This document shows, in pieces, positions 1 to 10,139 of a stretch of 64,000 bases of DNA. This DNA is from Bacilli bacterium (GTDB lineage Bacteria > Bacillota_I > Bacilli_A > RFN20 > CAG-826), in contig JAFSMX010000014.1 of the NCBI GenBank assembly GCA_017447725.1, positions 14,006 through 78,005 of the forward strand, in the 5' to 3' direction. The position numbers and the translations under genes were made by a program. The notes beneath the pieces were generated by a model. It was given only the letters and a program-made list of their open reading frames with translations, was not told where the DNA came from and ran no database searches. Position 1 is the stretch's first letter; every line of letters begins with the position of its first letter.

Positions 1-175
1 TAATGATTTTTTCGTTATTCTTGATTGACTCGAAAATACGTGATTTCACACGATTCATTCCTTTAATTGATGTTGGTTCAAGTAAATGAACCTCGTCTAA
101 AGGAAGAGACATCAAATGATAATCTGCTTCGGATAAATGATAATAGTTAAGAAGTTCTTTGAATAAGCGTTCCAT
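1..175 (-). CDS. recJ: Single-stranded-DNA exonuclease RecJ, N-terminal fragment (gene runs off window start)
   Basis: Minus-strand translation from the ATG at 173-175 reads MERLFKELLNYYHLSEADYHLMSLPLDEVHLLEPTSIKGMNRVKSRIFESIKNNEKII, a DHH/RecJ-like N-terminus. recJ downstream of secDF is the Bacillus-type synteny. Absent from the ORF track because it is truncated by the window edge. Confidence 0.5.
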   Translation of the reverse strand, partial: MERLFKELLNYYHLSEADYHLMSLPLDEVHLLEPTSIKGMNRVKSRIFESIKNNEKII

Positions 176-213
176 AGGTAAATAAAAGGGCTATATAAAT
201 AGCCCATTTAAAA

Positions 214-2907
214 TTAGTCGTTAATACCAATAAAGATTGTTTCTTGTGGTTCACTGGTTTTTGGTTTAAGTGAACGTTGTTTGTTTTCTTTATTGCGACG
301 GAAGAATTTTGGAAGATGAACCTTCGAGAATAAGCGGTCGAAGAATCCAGCAAGTGGTCCCATAATCGTTAAGACCGATAAGACAGTTAGGATTGTTCCG
401 ACAATCACCGCTCCAAAGAGAATTGTTAATTCAACTGGTCCAAAACCAAAGAAGTTAATGGCGAGATATCCACCAACAAGAGAGAAGGTGAAGATTGGTA
501 GAGCACTTAAGCTCACAGCGCGAGCGATAAGCGCACTTCTCTTTTCAGCATCATGGGCTTTCTCTTCTTTGTCGAGTTCTTTCTCTCTACTTAAGTAGAA
601 GAGCATTGTTAATAAGGATGAAACAGCGACAATTGGAAGTAAGATTGCGCTCACTGGTGAAGTAGCTAAACGAGTTAAAGCGAGTAATCCATAGGTCACA
701 GTTGTGACACCAGCGCTCACCACAAGTACGCTACAAGCACGGGACAGACGATAACGGAAGGCGCAATATAAGGCTGCCACAGCAAGTGTAATACCTGTTG
801 CTAAAGCAATTTCGCCTTGGTTTGGAGTAGAAACTGTTTCGCCAGTACGACGAACTTCAGTAACGACTGATTCTGGAGTAACAACTTCGTAGTTTCTGAC
901 AAGGTCTTCAACAGCAAGTTGAACGGTATCAACATCGTTTGTGGTATCGCCAATCTTATATTGGACGTTATTGTTAGATAAGACGGAATCGAACTTCGCC
1001 ACATAACAATATGTGGTCTTTTCCATCTTTTCATCAAGATCGTAACTCTTTGTTTCTTGAAGAGTGATATCAACGGATTTCACATCGATGGCTTTGCCAT
1101 CAATGGTAATCTTAGATAAGATTTCATCTCCAAAGAGAGTTGTATTGAGTCGATCACTATCAACCTGTACAGATGTGTAGATGACGGAGTGGTCGTTGGA
1201 AGCTTTTTTAGTATTAATTGGTGAACCATTTAAGACACCAAAGGTGATAATGCCAGCTAAGGAAGCGGCTAATAGAACACCACCGGCAATACCAAAGACT
1301 TTGCGTTTCTTGGTAAAGTCAGTCTTTTCATATGGACTTTCGTAACTTGGTTTTTCATCAAGAGCAATGTTTGGAACCTTGCTTTCATCAATGTTGAAGT
1401 ATCCATATTTATTTTGTAATCCAGTTGTGTTGGCAAGTAACCAGTTAAGGATACGATAGACAACGTGGAACATCACAAGTGAAATAATGGAGCCAAAGAA
1501 GGCAATCACACCAAATGATTTGAGCGCTTCACCCCCAAGGAGGTAGAAGAGTAATCCGCTAGCAGCAACAATCACGGAGCCATCAAGAACGATTAAGTTA
1601 GAACGTCTGAAGGCTTCGGTGTTAGCTTTCTTTAAGCTACGTCCTTTATAAACTTCGTCACGGAAACGATGCATATAGACAACTTCACCAAAGATGGAGA
1701 GAAGTGCTACAACAATGCCTCCGACAATAGCAGCAACATTAAATGTTGGTGTCATAGCGAAGAATAAGAGGAATGTTAAGAATAAGCTTAAGAGAGTTGT
1801 AGAAATCGCGGCTAAAGATTGTAAGCGGAAGAACATCGCGAGTAAGAGTGAAACAATCACAATACCGATTAATGTTGCTTTTAAGGTTGCCGAGAAGGCT
1901 AACTTAGCATCATTTCCTTTAAAGGAAATAAGTTGTTCATAAGATGCTGGAACGGTTAAATAGTTATATTGAATATTTCCATCAGCAGTAACATCTTTGA
2001 ACTTGTTAGTCACTTCGACTTCATATTCTTTAGCATTAAACATTCCCAATAGGAATGAAGCTTGTTGGTTGGCTTTCTTAAGAGCGGTTAAATCATATTC
2101 GCCTTGCTCATTTGCGCTTCCGCAAAGGAAACGTAATTCAGTTTCGGCTTCTTTAGAATCTGGATTCCAAATGTTTTCGTGATTCCATGAACAAATAATC
2201 TTTCCAGCTGAGTATGGGTTTTCAGCGGCTTTTTCGATGGAGTCATCATCACCCCAGTTTCCAACAAGGAAAACATCAGGGGTGGTTTGCTCACCTTCAC
2301 CTTCGCCTTCAGCTTCGTCGGTTTCAGCATAGTGACGAACAAGTGGAAGAGCGTTCTTTTCTCCACCTTCTTCTTCGTCTTCACCACTAACAACCTTTAA
2401 AAAGGTTTTCACAGCATCAGGATCAGAAACTGGGAAAATAACGTATGGAATTGTACCAGAATCACGCCAAATATAAGCTTCAACGTCTTTAAAGACGTTT
2501 TCAGCAAAGGCTTCATCAAGGTTTCCTCTTAAGGAATAATCTTTACCAGAGAATTCGAGTAAACGAGAAACATAGTTAAATAAAGTGTCGTCTTGAGTTG
2601 AGAAAGAAACAGAGATTGTATCAGCATAAACTTGGCTTGGATCGTCTTCATTAGTTCCGATTTTAACGGAATAATCTTCGACATTCATTAAATCCAAACG
2701 TTCTTTCATGATGTCAGCAACTTTTTGTGCGGCATCAGCTGGAACTGGATCTTCGGCATTTTCTTTATCCTTAAGGTTAAAGACAATTTCACGACCGGAA
2801 GCAAATTCACGACCTTCTTTCATTTTGACAAATGTTGGGGCAAAAGATACGCCAACACCGATTAAGATGGCGATAACCATCGAGATATAAGCAATTAAAC
2901 GACGCAT
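214..2907 (-). CDS. secDF: Fused protein-export membrane protein SecDF (897 aa) with an acidic insertion in the periplasmic domain
   Basis: N-terminal SecD-like TM segment followed by a large extracytoplasmic domain, then 6+6 TM segments; length and layout match fused SecDF. Confidence 0.85.
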   Translation of the reverse strand: MRRLIAYISMVIAILIGVGVSFAPTFVKMKEGREFASGREIVFNLKDKENAEDPVPADAAQKVADIMKERLDLMNVEDYSVKIGTNEDDPSQVYADTISVSFSTQDDTLFNYVSRLLEFSGKDYSLRGNLDEAFAENVFKDVEAYIWRDSGTIPYVIFPVSDPDAVKTFLKVVSGEDEEEGGEKNALPLVRHYAETDEAEGEGEGEQTTPDVFLVGNWGDDDSIEKAAENPYSAGKIICSWNHENIWNPDSKEAETELRFLCGSANEQGEYDLTALKKANQQASFLLGMFNAKEYEVEVTNKFKDVTADGNIQYNYLTVPASYEQLISFKGNDAKLAFSATLKATLIGIVIVSLLLAMFFRLQSLAAISTTLLSLFLTFLLFFAMTPTFNVAAIVGGIVVALLSIFGEVVYMHRFRDEVYKGRSLKKANTEAFRRSNLIVLDGSVIVAASGLLFYLLGGEALKSFGVIAFFGSIISLVMFHVVYRILNWLLANTTGLQNKYGYFNIDESKVPNIALDEKPSYESPYEKTDFTKKRKVFGIAGGVLLAASLAGIITFGVLNGSPINTKKASNDHSVIYTSVQVDSDRLNTTLFGDEILSKITIDGKAIDVKSVDITLQETKSYDLDEKMEKTTYCYVAKFDSVLSNNNVQYKIGDTTNDVDTVQLAVEDLVRNYEVVTPESVVTEVRRTGETVSTPNQGEIALATGITLAVAALYCAFRYRLSRACSVLVVSAGVTTVTYGLLALTRLATSPVSAILLPIVAVSSLLTMLFYLSREKELDKEEKAHDAEKRSALIARAVSLSALPIFTFSLVGGYLAINFFGFGPVELTILFGAVIVGTILTVLSVLTIMGPLAGFFDRLFSKVHLPKFFRRNKENKQRSLKPKTSEPQETIFIGIND

Positions 2908-3099
2908 AATATGTTCTCTTTCTACTGTTTTCTAAGCCTTAATTAAAAATTAAGTTTGCTTTTAAAGAATACTACTAACCTTTTGCTATAGCAAGGAAGA
3001 AATCGAAAACCTTATTAAAGAAGTATTACCGAAATTTTCAAATATTGAAAAATCTCCAATATCGGATAAATATAAAAATCACGATAAAATCGATTAAAT

Positions 3100-4098
3100 T
3101 TAATCCTCAATGTGATCTTTATGATATTTCAAAAAATAAGTTTTTCCTTTTTCCGTGATTTCTCTTCCACGGGGTGTTCGGTTAATAAAACCGATTGAGA
3201 TTAAATATGGCTCACAAACTTCCTCAAGAGTTCCAGGGTCTTCGCCAAAAGAAGAGGCTAGAGTGTCTAATCCAACTGGCTTAGAATGGAAACGGTTAAT
3301 CATTTGTGAGAGATATTCGATGTCTAATTCATCTAATCCAATTTGGTCGACATTAATCCGTTTTAAAGAGTCAATTGTGAGCTTTTCAGAGATGGATTTT
3401 TGTTTCGAACAAGTATAGAAATCTCGGACCCGTCTTAACAAACGATTCGCGATACGTGGAGTACCTCGGGAACGGATGGCAATTTCGTGGGCTGCTTTTG
3501 GATCAATTTTATCACCCAAAACTTGGGCGGAACGAATCACGATTTGTTCAAGTTCTTCTACTATGTAGAAATCAAACTTTAAATGGATCCCAAAACGCTG
3601 CCGAATTGGCCAAGATAAACTGCTAATTTTTGTGGTCGCTCCAACAACCGTAAATGGAGGCAAATCAATCGATAAATTTTCCGAATCTTTTTCATGCGAA
3701 ACAACGAGATTAATCCGAAAATCTTCCATCGCACTATAAAGGAATTCTTCCACCACTTTCGGAATCCGATGAATCTCATCAATAAAGAGGATTTCTCCTG
3801 GTTCTAAACTCGAAAGAATGGAGGCCATATCACCAATCTTTTCAATTGTCGGACCGTTCACGCACGTAATCTTTTGATTTAGTTCGTTAGCAATAACATG
3901 CGCTAGAGTTGTTTTACCTAAACCACTTGGTCCATAAGCTAAAACGTGGTCTAACGCTTCTTTTCTTTTCTTGGTGGCTTGAATGTAGACTTTTAAGTTC
4001 TCTATAAGAGAAGATTGACCAAAAAACTCTTCAAATGAATGTGGACGAAGAGTGATTTCGGCCAGTTGTTCTTCCTTACTTTCGACCTTGGTGTGCAT
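3100..4098 (-). CDS. ruvB: Holliday junction branch-migration helicase RuvB
   Basis: AAA+ Walker A GPSGLGKTT and Walker B ILFIDEIH; 332 aa; overlaps the ruvA end. Confidence 0.95.
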   Translation of the reverse strand: MHTKVESKEEQLAEITLRPHSFEEFFGQSSLIENLKVYIQATKKRKEALDHVLAYGPSGLGKTTLAHVIANELNQKITCVNGPTIEKIGDMASILSSLEPGEILFIDEIHRIPKVVEEFLYSAMEDFRINLVVSHEKDSENLSIDLPPFTVVGATTKISSLSWPIRQRFGIHLKFDFYIVEELEQIVIRSAQVLGDKIDPKAAHEIAIRSRGTPRIANRLLRRVRDFYTCSKQKSISEKLTIDSLKRINVDQIGLDELDIEYLSQMINRFHSKPVGLDTLASSFGEDPGTLEEVCEPYLISIGFINRTPRGREITEKGKTYFLKYHKDHIED

Positions 4099-4651
4099 AA
4101 GTTCTCATCCTCCTTAAAGCTTCTTTAATAATCTCTTCGTTAGTTGCATCAGGAATATTGATCATTGAAAGAGTATTAATGATGTCGCGGTTTTTGTAAC
4201 CTAAAGAACGAAGTGCGGCCTGCACTTCTTCATACTGGTTCACATTGATGTTTTGGTTTAAATCAAAGAAACCGCGTAAATCTAGAAGAATCTGGGCGGA
4301 GGCTTTCATTCCGATGTGCTTAATGCTTCTTAGAAAGAAGAGATTGTTCGATTCAATCGCCTTTTTTAGTTCCTGATAATCGCACTCACCAAGGATTTTA
4401 AGAGCGGTTTTTGGTCCAATTCCGTTGACCGTATTTAAACCTAGATAAATCTCTCGTTCCTCTACCGTTAGAAAACCAACTAGATAAAAACCGTCTTCTC
4501 TTAAAAGATCTTCCACATAAACTTTCACCTCATCACCAACGTGGAATTGGTAAGGCTTAGACACAGCAATTCGATACCCGATGGAATTGGTTTCGAGTAC
4601 GATTGAATGCGGACGGATTTGTGTCACTTGTCCGTTAAAGTAATCAAACAT
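4076..4651 (-). CDS. ruvA: Holliday junction DNA helicase RuvA
   Basis: 191 aa; HhH motif LNTVNGIGPKTALKIL; sits upstream of ruvB. Confidence 0.9.
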   Translation of the reverse strand: MFDYFNGQVTQIRPHSIVLETNSIGYRIAVSKPYQFHVGDEVKVYVEDLLREDGFYLVGFLTVEEREIYLGLNTVNGIGPKTALKILGECDYQELKKAIESNNLFFLRSIKHIGMKASAQILLDLRGFFDLNQNINVNQYEEVQAALRSLGYKNRDIINTLSMINIPDATNEEIIKEALRRMRTYAHQGRK

Positions 4652-4696
4652 AATTTGTACCTACTTTCCCGTTATTTCTCTCTACTATACTTAATT

Positions 4697-4730
4697 CGAA
4701 AAAAAGTGACATTTTTGCCACTTTTTTTCA
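4697..4730 (-). terminator. Rho-independent terminator downstream of nadE
   Basis: Hairpin aagtgacatttttgccactt flanked by an A-run on one side and a T-run on the other. Confidence 0.5.
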
Positions 4731-4759
4731 AAATTTATCAAAATATTTTTGTTAGTTAA

Positions 4760-5491
4760 CTATCTTTTTGGAGGTTTTGGAGTCGGGATTTCAACACGTT
4801 TATGTTCACTAATTTTATGAAGGTGTTCGATACGCTTTTTAGCTTCTTCATTAATTTCTTTACCTAAAAGGTAATTATCTAAATCTTCGTAAGAAATTCC
4901 CATTTCTGATTCATCAGTTTGGCCTTCAAATAAACCCGCAGAAGGAGTACGATTATAGAGCTCTTCACTTAATCCATAAAGTTTCGAAGCTAAGCGAACT
5001 TCTTTTTTTGTTAAATGGACAATTGGGAGCACATCTGCGGCCCCATCACCGTACTTGGTAAAGTAGCCGACATAACGCTCATCCCAGTTGTCTGTTCCTA
5101 AGACTAAACCACTCTTTTCTTGGGCATACGCAAATAAAGCGCACATACGCATGCGTACTTTTAAATTAGATTTAGATAAACGGATGAAGTTGTCTCCATG
5201 AAGTTCTTTTAAATAAGACTCATAAGTCTTCGTTAAGGAGATCACTTCTATATTCACATCAAGTTCTTTAGCAACTCTTTTAGCATCTTCAATATCTTTT
5301 GGATTTGATTCGATATCAATGGCGTAGCAAAAGAGTTTATCTTTACCAACAGCGTGACGAGCAATCGCGGCGACTAAGGAAGAGTCAACTCCGCCACTTA
5401 AACCTAAAACATAGGCTTTACAGCCGGATTTTGCTAAATAATCCTTTAAAAAGGATTCGATTTCTAATAAATAAACTTGTAAATTTTCCAT
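4760..5491 (-). CDS. nadE: NH3-dependent NAD+ synthetase
   Basis: PP-loop motif SGGVDSS; 243 aa. Confidence 0.9.
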   Translation of the reverse strand: MENLQVYLLEIESFLKDYLAKSGCKAYVLGLSGGVDSSLVAAIARHAVGKDKLFCYAIDIESNPKDIEDAKRVAKELDVNIEVISLTKTYESYLKELHGDNFIRLSKSNLKVRMRMCALFAYAQEKSGLVLGTDNWDERYVGYFTKYGDGAADVLPIVHLTKKEVRLASKLYGLSEELYNRTPSAGLFEGQTDESEMGISYEDLDNYLLGKEINEEAKKRIEHLHKISEHKRVEIPTPKPPKR

Positions 5492-6762
5492 TATTCGAGA
5501 TACTCAAACTCAAAGTCGCATAAGAAGACAGAATCTCCATCTTCTGCTCCAGCTTCTTTTAAAGCTTCTTCAACTTCGATCTTTCTTAAATAATTAATTA
5601 AACGCATCATTCCTTCATCCGTGGAGATATTAATCAAGGAATAAGTTCTTTCAATTGATTCTCCAACAAGTCTAAAGACATGATCTTTTTCTTTAACAAC
5701 CTCAAAGATTGGTTTTTGATCTTTATAAGCATTATAAACTCTAGTCGCCACTTTTTCTTCAGTTCCCATTAATGGGAATGGATCAGTTTTGGAGATGAGT
5801 TCATGACATTTATTAATAAGTTCATCCACACCTTCATGAGTTAAAGATGATAAAGCGATGACATCTTGTTTAACTTTCTTCTTAAACTCTTTGAGTTTAT
5901 CTTTAGCACCTTCTTCATCCATCTTACTCGCAACAATGATCAGTGGTCGTTTTTCTAAACCCATACCGTATTCTTTGAGTTCGGTTTGGATTTGTTTAAA
6001 GGAAGCGTATGGGTCTTCATCCGTCATAGAGACAAGATGAACGATGACGCGACATCTTTCAAGATGTCTAAGGAATGTTAAACCTAATCCTTTGCCAAGA
6101 TGAGCACCTTCAATTAATCCTGGAAGATCAGCCATGACAAAAGTCTCATATTTTGAAACATTTACCACACCTAAATTTGGTGCGACAGTTGTAAATGGAT
6201 AATCAGCAATCTCTGGGTTAGCGTTACTGACAACACTTAATAGTGTTGATTTACCAGCATTTGGTAATCCGACTAAGCCCACATCAGCTAATAGTTTTAA
6301 TTCAAGGATGAGTCGTTTGGTTTCACCTGGTAGACCATTTTCAGCAATACGAGGAACACGGTTTTTATCCGATTTAAATGCGGCATTACCTCTTCCGCCT
6401 CGGCCACCTTTGGCGACAACGACTTCTTGACCATCTTGTGATAAGTCACAAACGAATTCATGATCTTTTTCTAAGTAGACAACGGTTCCGACTGGAACAT
6501 CAACATAAACATCATCAGCTCCTCGACCGTATTTGTTCTTTGTTAAACCTTTTCCGCCATCTTGACCAATAATGACTTTTGAGTGACGGAAATTAAAAAG
6601 AGTATTAATTGATTTGTTCGCACGGAAAATAATCGAAGCACCACGACCACCATTTCCTCCACTTGGTCCGCCTTTAGCGACATATTTTTCGTGAAGGAAG
6701 GCAATCATGCCGTCTCCGCCTTTTCCAGATCGAACTTCAACAACTACTCGGTCAATAAACAT
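5491..6762 (-). CDS. obg: GTPase Obg/CgtA
   Basis: Obg-fold N-terminal glycine-rich domain, G1 motif GLPNAGKST, and a C-terminal TGS-like domain; 423 aa. Confidence 0.95.
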   Translation of the reverse strand: MFIDRVVVEVRSGKGGDGMIAFLHEKYVAKGGPSGGNGGRGASIIFRANKSINTLFNFRHSKVIIGQDGGKGLTKNKYGRGADDVYVDVPVGTVVYLEKDHEFVCDLSQDGQEVVVAKGGRGGRGNAAFKSDKNRVPRIAENGLPGETKRLILELKLLADVGLVGLPNAGKSTLLSVVSNANPEIADYPFTTVAPNLGVVNVSKYETFVMADLPGLIEGAHLGKGLGLTFLRHLERCRVIVHLVSMTDEDPYASFKQIQTELKEYGMGLEKRPLIIVASKMDEEGAKDKLKEFKKKVKQDVIALSSLTHEGVDELINKCHELISKTDPFPLMGTEEKVATRVYNAYKDQKPIFEVVKEKDHVFRLVGESIERTYSLINISTDEGMMRLINYLRKIEVEEALKEAGAEDGDSVFLCDFEFEYLE

Positions 6763-6788
6763 ACGCTCACATTATACACGTAAACCAA

Positions 6789-6853
6789 GATAAAAGACCA
6801 CTAGTTTGTGGTCTTATAGAAATGGGTAAAATAAAAGACCTCTAAAGAGGTCT
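6789..6853 (-). terminator. Two tandem hairpin terminators after rpmA
   Basis: Hairpins agacctctaaagaggtct and aagaccactagtttgtggtctt, each followed by a T-run on the minus strand. Confidence 0.45.
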
Positions 6854-6867
6854 AATATTTCATCAAC

Positions 6868-7149
6868 TTATTTGGCGTAAACACTGACGCGTGTTTTACT
6901 ACGTCCAACACGTTCATATTTACAAATACCAGAGACAGTTGCGAAGATGGTATCATCTCCACCACGTTTGGTATTCACACCTGGAAGAATCTTGGTTCCT
7001 CTTTGGCGGTAAATAATTGAACCTGCCTTACAAAATTCACCATCGGAGACTTTTGCACCAAGACGTTTGGATTCGCTATCACGTCCGTTTTTAGTTGAAC
7101 CAACACCTTTTTTAGAAGCAAAGAGTTGGATATTTAATCTAAATAACAT
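6868..7149 (-). CDS. rpmA: 50S ribosomal protein L27 with a Firmicutes-type N-terminal propeptide
   Basis: [25 protein letters not shown]: a Prp cleavage-site-like extension followed by the conserved L27 core. Confidence 0.95.
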   Translation of the reverse strand: MLFRLNIQLFASKKGVGSTKNGRDSESKRLGAKVSDGEFCKAGSIIYRQRGTKILPGVNTKRGGDDTIFATVSGICKYERVGRSKTRVSVYAK

Positions 7150-7151
7150 AA

Positions 7152-7463
7152 CTAATTTCCTTTCTCGATTACCTCAATGAACTTTGGATAGGTTTCTTCG
7201 ATTGTCTTTAATTGGACAAGAATAGTATCCAAGACATTGTAATCGTGCTCATTCGCCGTTTTTAATTCTGTAATTTCGAAGTATCCGTCTTTAGTCTTGA
7301 ATGTATAACATTCAGGATTTTTGATGGCGTTTGCTCCACCAATAATGATTGAGCTAACTCCAGCACAGATCAGGTCTTCTCCTTTTGGGGCAGAATTAGA
7401 ATGGCCTTTCACTAATATACTTTTAATTTTTTGTTCTGCTTTAATGACAGTAACTTTGATCAT
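7152..7463 (-). CDS. prp: Ribosomal-processing cysteine protease Prp
   Basis: 103 aa ORF between rplU and rpmA (the ysxB position) with a conserved Cys and His. Confidence 0.85.
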   Translation of the reverse strand: MIKVTVIKAEQKIKSILVKGHSNSAPKGEDLICAGVSSIIIGGANAIKNPECYTFKTKDGYFEITELKTANEHDYNVLDTILVQLKTIEETYPKFIEVIEKGN

Positions 7464-7465
7464 TT

Positions 7466-7777
7466 TTAAGCATTAATGCTTTCGATAACGACGCAAGTAT
7501 ATGGTTGACGATGACCAATCATACGACGAGCGGAATTATGTTTAGCTTTGTATTTGTAGATGCGAATCTTTTTGCCAAGTCCGTTTTTGATGACTTTCGC
7601 GGTTACTTTCGCTCCTTCGACATATGGAGTTCCAACTTTCACATCTTTGTCAGCAACGAGAAGAACTTTGTCAAAATCAACAGATTTGTTTTCTTCAACG
7701 TCAAGTTTTTCAACAAAAACCTTTTGTCCGACTTCGACGCGAACTTGTTTTCCACCAGTTTCAATGATAGCGTACAT
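7466..7777 (-). CDS. rplU: 50S ribosomal protein L21
   Basis: [11 protein letters not shown]... canonical L21 start; 103 aa. Confidence 0.95.
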   Translation of the reverse strand: MYAIIETGGKQVRVEVGQKVFVEKLDVEENKSVDFDKVLLVADKDVKVGTPYVEGAKVTAKVIKNGLGKKIRIYKYKAKHNSARRMIGHRQPYTCVVIESINA

Positions 7778-7938
7778 AAATATACCTCGACTTTCTCACT
7801 TAGACTCGCTATTAAGGTCTATTGCCTATGGCAATAAGTTTCTTACCTTTTCTATGCGGTTGTAGCTCGTGAGGCGACAACGCTTATTAATATATTATTA
7901 ATGAACGTGTTTGTAAACAATTTTTTACATTTGTAAAG
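7778..7938 (-). promoter_or_regulatory. Possible L21-leader-type 5'UTR or promoter region of the rplU-prp-rpmA operon
   Basis: 160-nt structured non-coding stretch upstream of rplU (tattgcctatggcaata palindrome). Firmicutes carry a conserved L21 leader here. Confidence 0.3.
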
Positions 7939-8637
7939 TCAAATCTCCGAAAAATGATTGTTTTCCCGAAACGAATAATAGCCATTTTTAAAGATGATGA
8001 CATGGTCAAAAAGTTCGATCCCAAATGATGAAGCGGTCTCACGAATAATCGACGTTGTTAAAATATCGTTTTCGCTTGGTTTACTAGATCCATCTGGATG
8101 ATTATGAATCAAGATAAATGAAGAACATTTGGAGTCGAATAAATCCGACATAATTTCTTTGAAATTAAATGAACAGGAATCGAATGTTCCTTTATATTTA
8201 GTGACCTCTCGAATAATTTCCTTTTTTCGGTTGAGCATCACTAAAATAACTGATTCATAATCCAGTGTTTCTAAATAGCGAAAACGAGCAGCGATTTGCC
8301 GAGGTTCACGAATCGATTCGTTAGCAAAATATTTTGGTGTATTGAGCCGTTTATGAAGTTCAAATGCCGCAACTAATTTTAAAGCAGTAATTTTGTTTAG
8401 CCCACGCTGATTAGTTAAAGCATTTAACGAGGCTTGAGAAAGATGTGGGAGAGTGATAAATGTCTCTAATAGAGACTTTGCGATATCAATCGCCGAATGT
8501 CCTTTCACTCCACTACCGATTAGCAAAGCTAAAAGTTCTTGGTCATCAAGCTCTTCGATTCCATAGCAAAACGCCTTTTCACGAGGTTTAGCCTCTTTTG
8601 GAAGATCGGCGATTTTCATTTCCAGGTGAACTTCCAA
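7939..8637 (-). CDS. radC: RadC-like JAMM-family protein
   Basis: HhH N-terminus plus the JAMM motif HNHPDGS. The track start is a TTG; the ATG at 8619 (MKIADLP...) is the more likely start. Confidence 0.85.
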   Translation of the reverse strand: MEVHLEMKIADLPKEAKPREKAFCYGIEELDDQELLALLIGSGVKGHSAIDIAKSLLETFITLPHLSQASLNALTNQRGLNKITALKLVAAFELHKRLNTPKYFANESIREPRQIAARFRYLETLDYESVILVMLNRKKEIIREVTKYKGTFDSCSFNFKEIMSDLFDSKCSSFILIHNHPDGSSKPSENDILTTSIIRETASSFGIELFDHVIIFKNGYYSFRENNHFSEI

Positions 8638-8789
8638 CCACCAGGAATTTGTGAGCTGCCTTCTTTAGAGATAAATAACTTATAAATGACAACCGCCATT
8701 AAAGAGACAGCTAGAACAGTTAACACTGCTGTAAGTGTGAGCTCACCGGTCAAAGTTTCCCTAAGCTCTTGGTTAGTTAATTTACGCAT
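8616..8789 (-). CDS. Small single-TM membrane protein (57 aa) translationally coupled to radC
   Basis: Below the track threshold. SD GGAGGAAAG lies 7 nt upstream of the ATG at 8789. Translation MRKLTNQELRETLTGELTLTAVLTVLAVSLMAVVIYKLFISKEGSSQIPGGWKFTWK. The ATGA stop/start overlap with radC is at 8616-8619. Confidence 0.4.
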   Translation of the reverse strand: MRKLTNQELRETLTGELTLTAVLTVLAVSLMAVVIYKLFISKEGSSQIPGGWKFTWK

Positions 8790-8896
8790 AGTTGTGCTTT
8801 CCTCCTTACTAACTAAATCCGTTTTTTAAGAGAGAAAATTTTCAAAAAAATAAAAAGGTACCTTTTAGGTACCTAATTTTTTGATTTGGGAATCTT

Positions 8897-9415
8897 TTAC
8901 TTCGCAGAAGTGAGTTTTAAGATTTCGACTTTGTATTCTCTAGCAACGCGGACAACGCAGACATCGCCAACCTTTTTACCAACAATGGCTTTTCCAAGTG
9001 GAGAGACGTTAGAGATTAATCCTTTGGTTGGGTTAGCTTCAACTGTACCAACAATGGTATAGGTTGCTTTAGTGTTGTCGCTTAAATCTTTAATTTCAAC
9101 TGTAGAACCAAGAGCAACTAATTTGCTAGTTTGTTTCTTTTCATCGATGATTTTAGCATTAGCTAAGATGTTTTCGATTTCTTTGATTCGGGCTTCAACT
9201 TCTGCTTGTTTGTTTCTTGCAGCATCGTAGTCAGCGTTTTCACTTAAGTCACCTTGAGCACGAGCGGCAGCAAGTTGATCTAAGACTTCTGGACGATCAA
9301 TATCAATTAAGTGACGAAGTTCTTTAGTTAACTTAGCTTCGCCTTCTTTTGTTAATTCAATTTTTTCTGTGGCCATCTTTTTAAGCCTCCTAAATCGCAA
9401 TAAAGAGTTTACCAA
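8897..9415 (-). CDS. greA: Transcription elongation factor GreA
   Basis: GreA coiled-coil followed by an FKBP-like domain. The likely true start is the internal MATEKIELTKEG. Confidence 0.9.
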   Translation of the reverse strand: MVNSLLRFRRLKKMATEKIELTKEGEAKLTKELRHLIDIDRPEVLDQLAAARAQGDLSENADYDAARNKQAEVEARIKEIENILANAKIIDEKKQTSKLVALGSTVEIKDLSDNTKATYTIVGTVEANPTKGLISNVSPLGKAIVGKKVGDVCVVRVAREYKVEILKLTSAK

Positions 9416-9441
9416 TCATAATTGCTGTTGTAAACAACAAA

Positions 9442-9714
9442 TTATTTAATTTCCTTCATTTTTGGGTCATCAAGGAAGCAATTGAAAACTTCTTCCACTT
9501 CATCAAGTTCTTTTTCGTCTTCAATGACTTCAATGGATGAATCCTTTTCGTTAATCGAAACTGGGATCACGTTATCTTCATCGCCTTCTTTATATAAGAA
9601 AGCGTACATTTTATGACGTTCTTCGTTTTCGTACGTAAATAGAATTTTCATGACTTGTTCTTGACCGTTTTCATCGGTAATCATGATTTCGTTATCTAAT
9701 AATGGGTTACTCAT
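9442..9714 (-). CDS. DUF1292 family protein
   Basis: 90 aa acidic protein in the conserved position next to ruvX and alaS. Confidence 0.7.
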   Translation of the reverse strand: MSNPLLDNEIMITDENGQEQVMKILFTYENEERHKMYAFLYKEGDEDNVIPVSINEKDSSIEVIEDEKELDEVEEVFNCFLDDPKMKEIK

Positions 9715-10139
9715 TTTTGTTCCTCCATTTTTCGTAAATATCTTTCTAAAATGACAACAGCAGCATACTCATCAACAAGGGCTTTTCTTTTCTCATAAGA
9801 AAGGTTCATTTCTTTTAGTTTTTCATCCGCGTCAATAGTCGAATACGATTCATCAATTTCATGGATGATCAGTTGATTATTTGCTTTTAGCAAATCTTCT
9901 TTAAATCTTAGACAGCTTTTAGCGTGTGGAGAAAGATCCCCAGACTCATAATAAGGAACACCTAAAACAATCTCATTTATGCCTTCATTAGCACAGATTT
10001 CTAAGACATGTTCACGAGCTTTTTTGAAGTTCCCCGGTTCGAAACGAAATGTTTCTCTTCCGTGGGCAATTCCTAAAGCATCAGTCGAAGCAATTCCAAC
10101 TGTTGTAGTTCCTAAATCAAGAGCGAGGATTTTGCTCAT
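9711..10139 (-). CDS. ruvX: Putative pre-16S rRNA nuclease / Holliday junction resolvase-like YqgF
   Basis: MSKILALDLGTTTVGIAS RNase H-like start; 142 aa. Confidence 0.9.
   Translation of the reverse strand: MSKILALDLGTTTVGIASTDALGIAHGRETFRFEPGNFKKAREHVLEICANEGINEIVLGVPYYESGDLSPHAKSCLRFKEDLLKANNQLIIHEIDESYSTIDADEKLKEMNLSYEKRKALVDEYAAVVILERYLRKMEEQK

Noticed and set aside
147-353. 68 aa minus-strand ORF overlapping the secDF 3' end and the recJ start
   Set aside because: It overlaps two well-supported genes in the other frame, and the real feature here is the recJ N-terminus.
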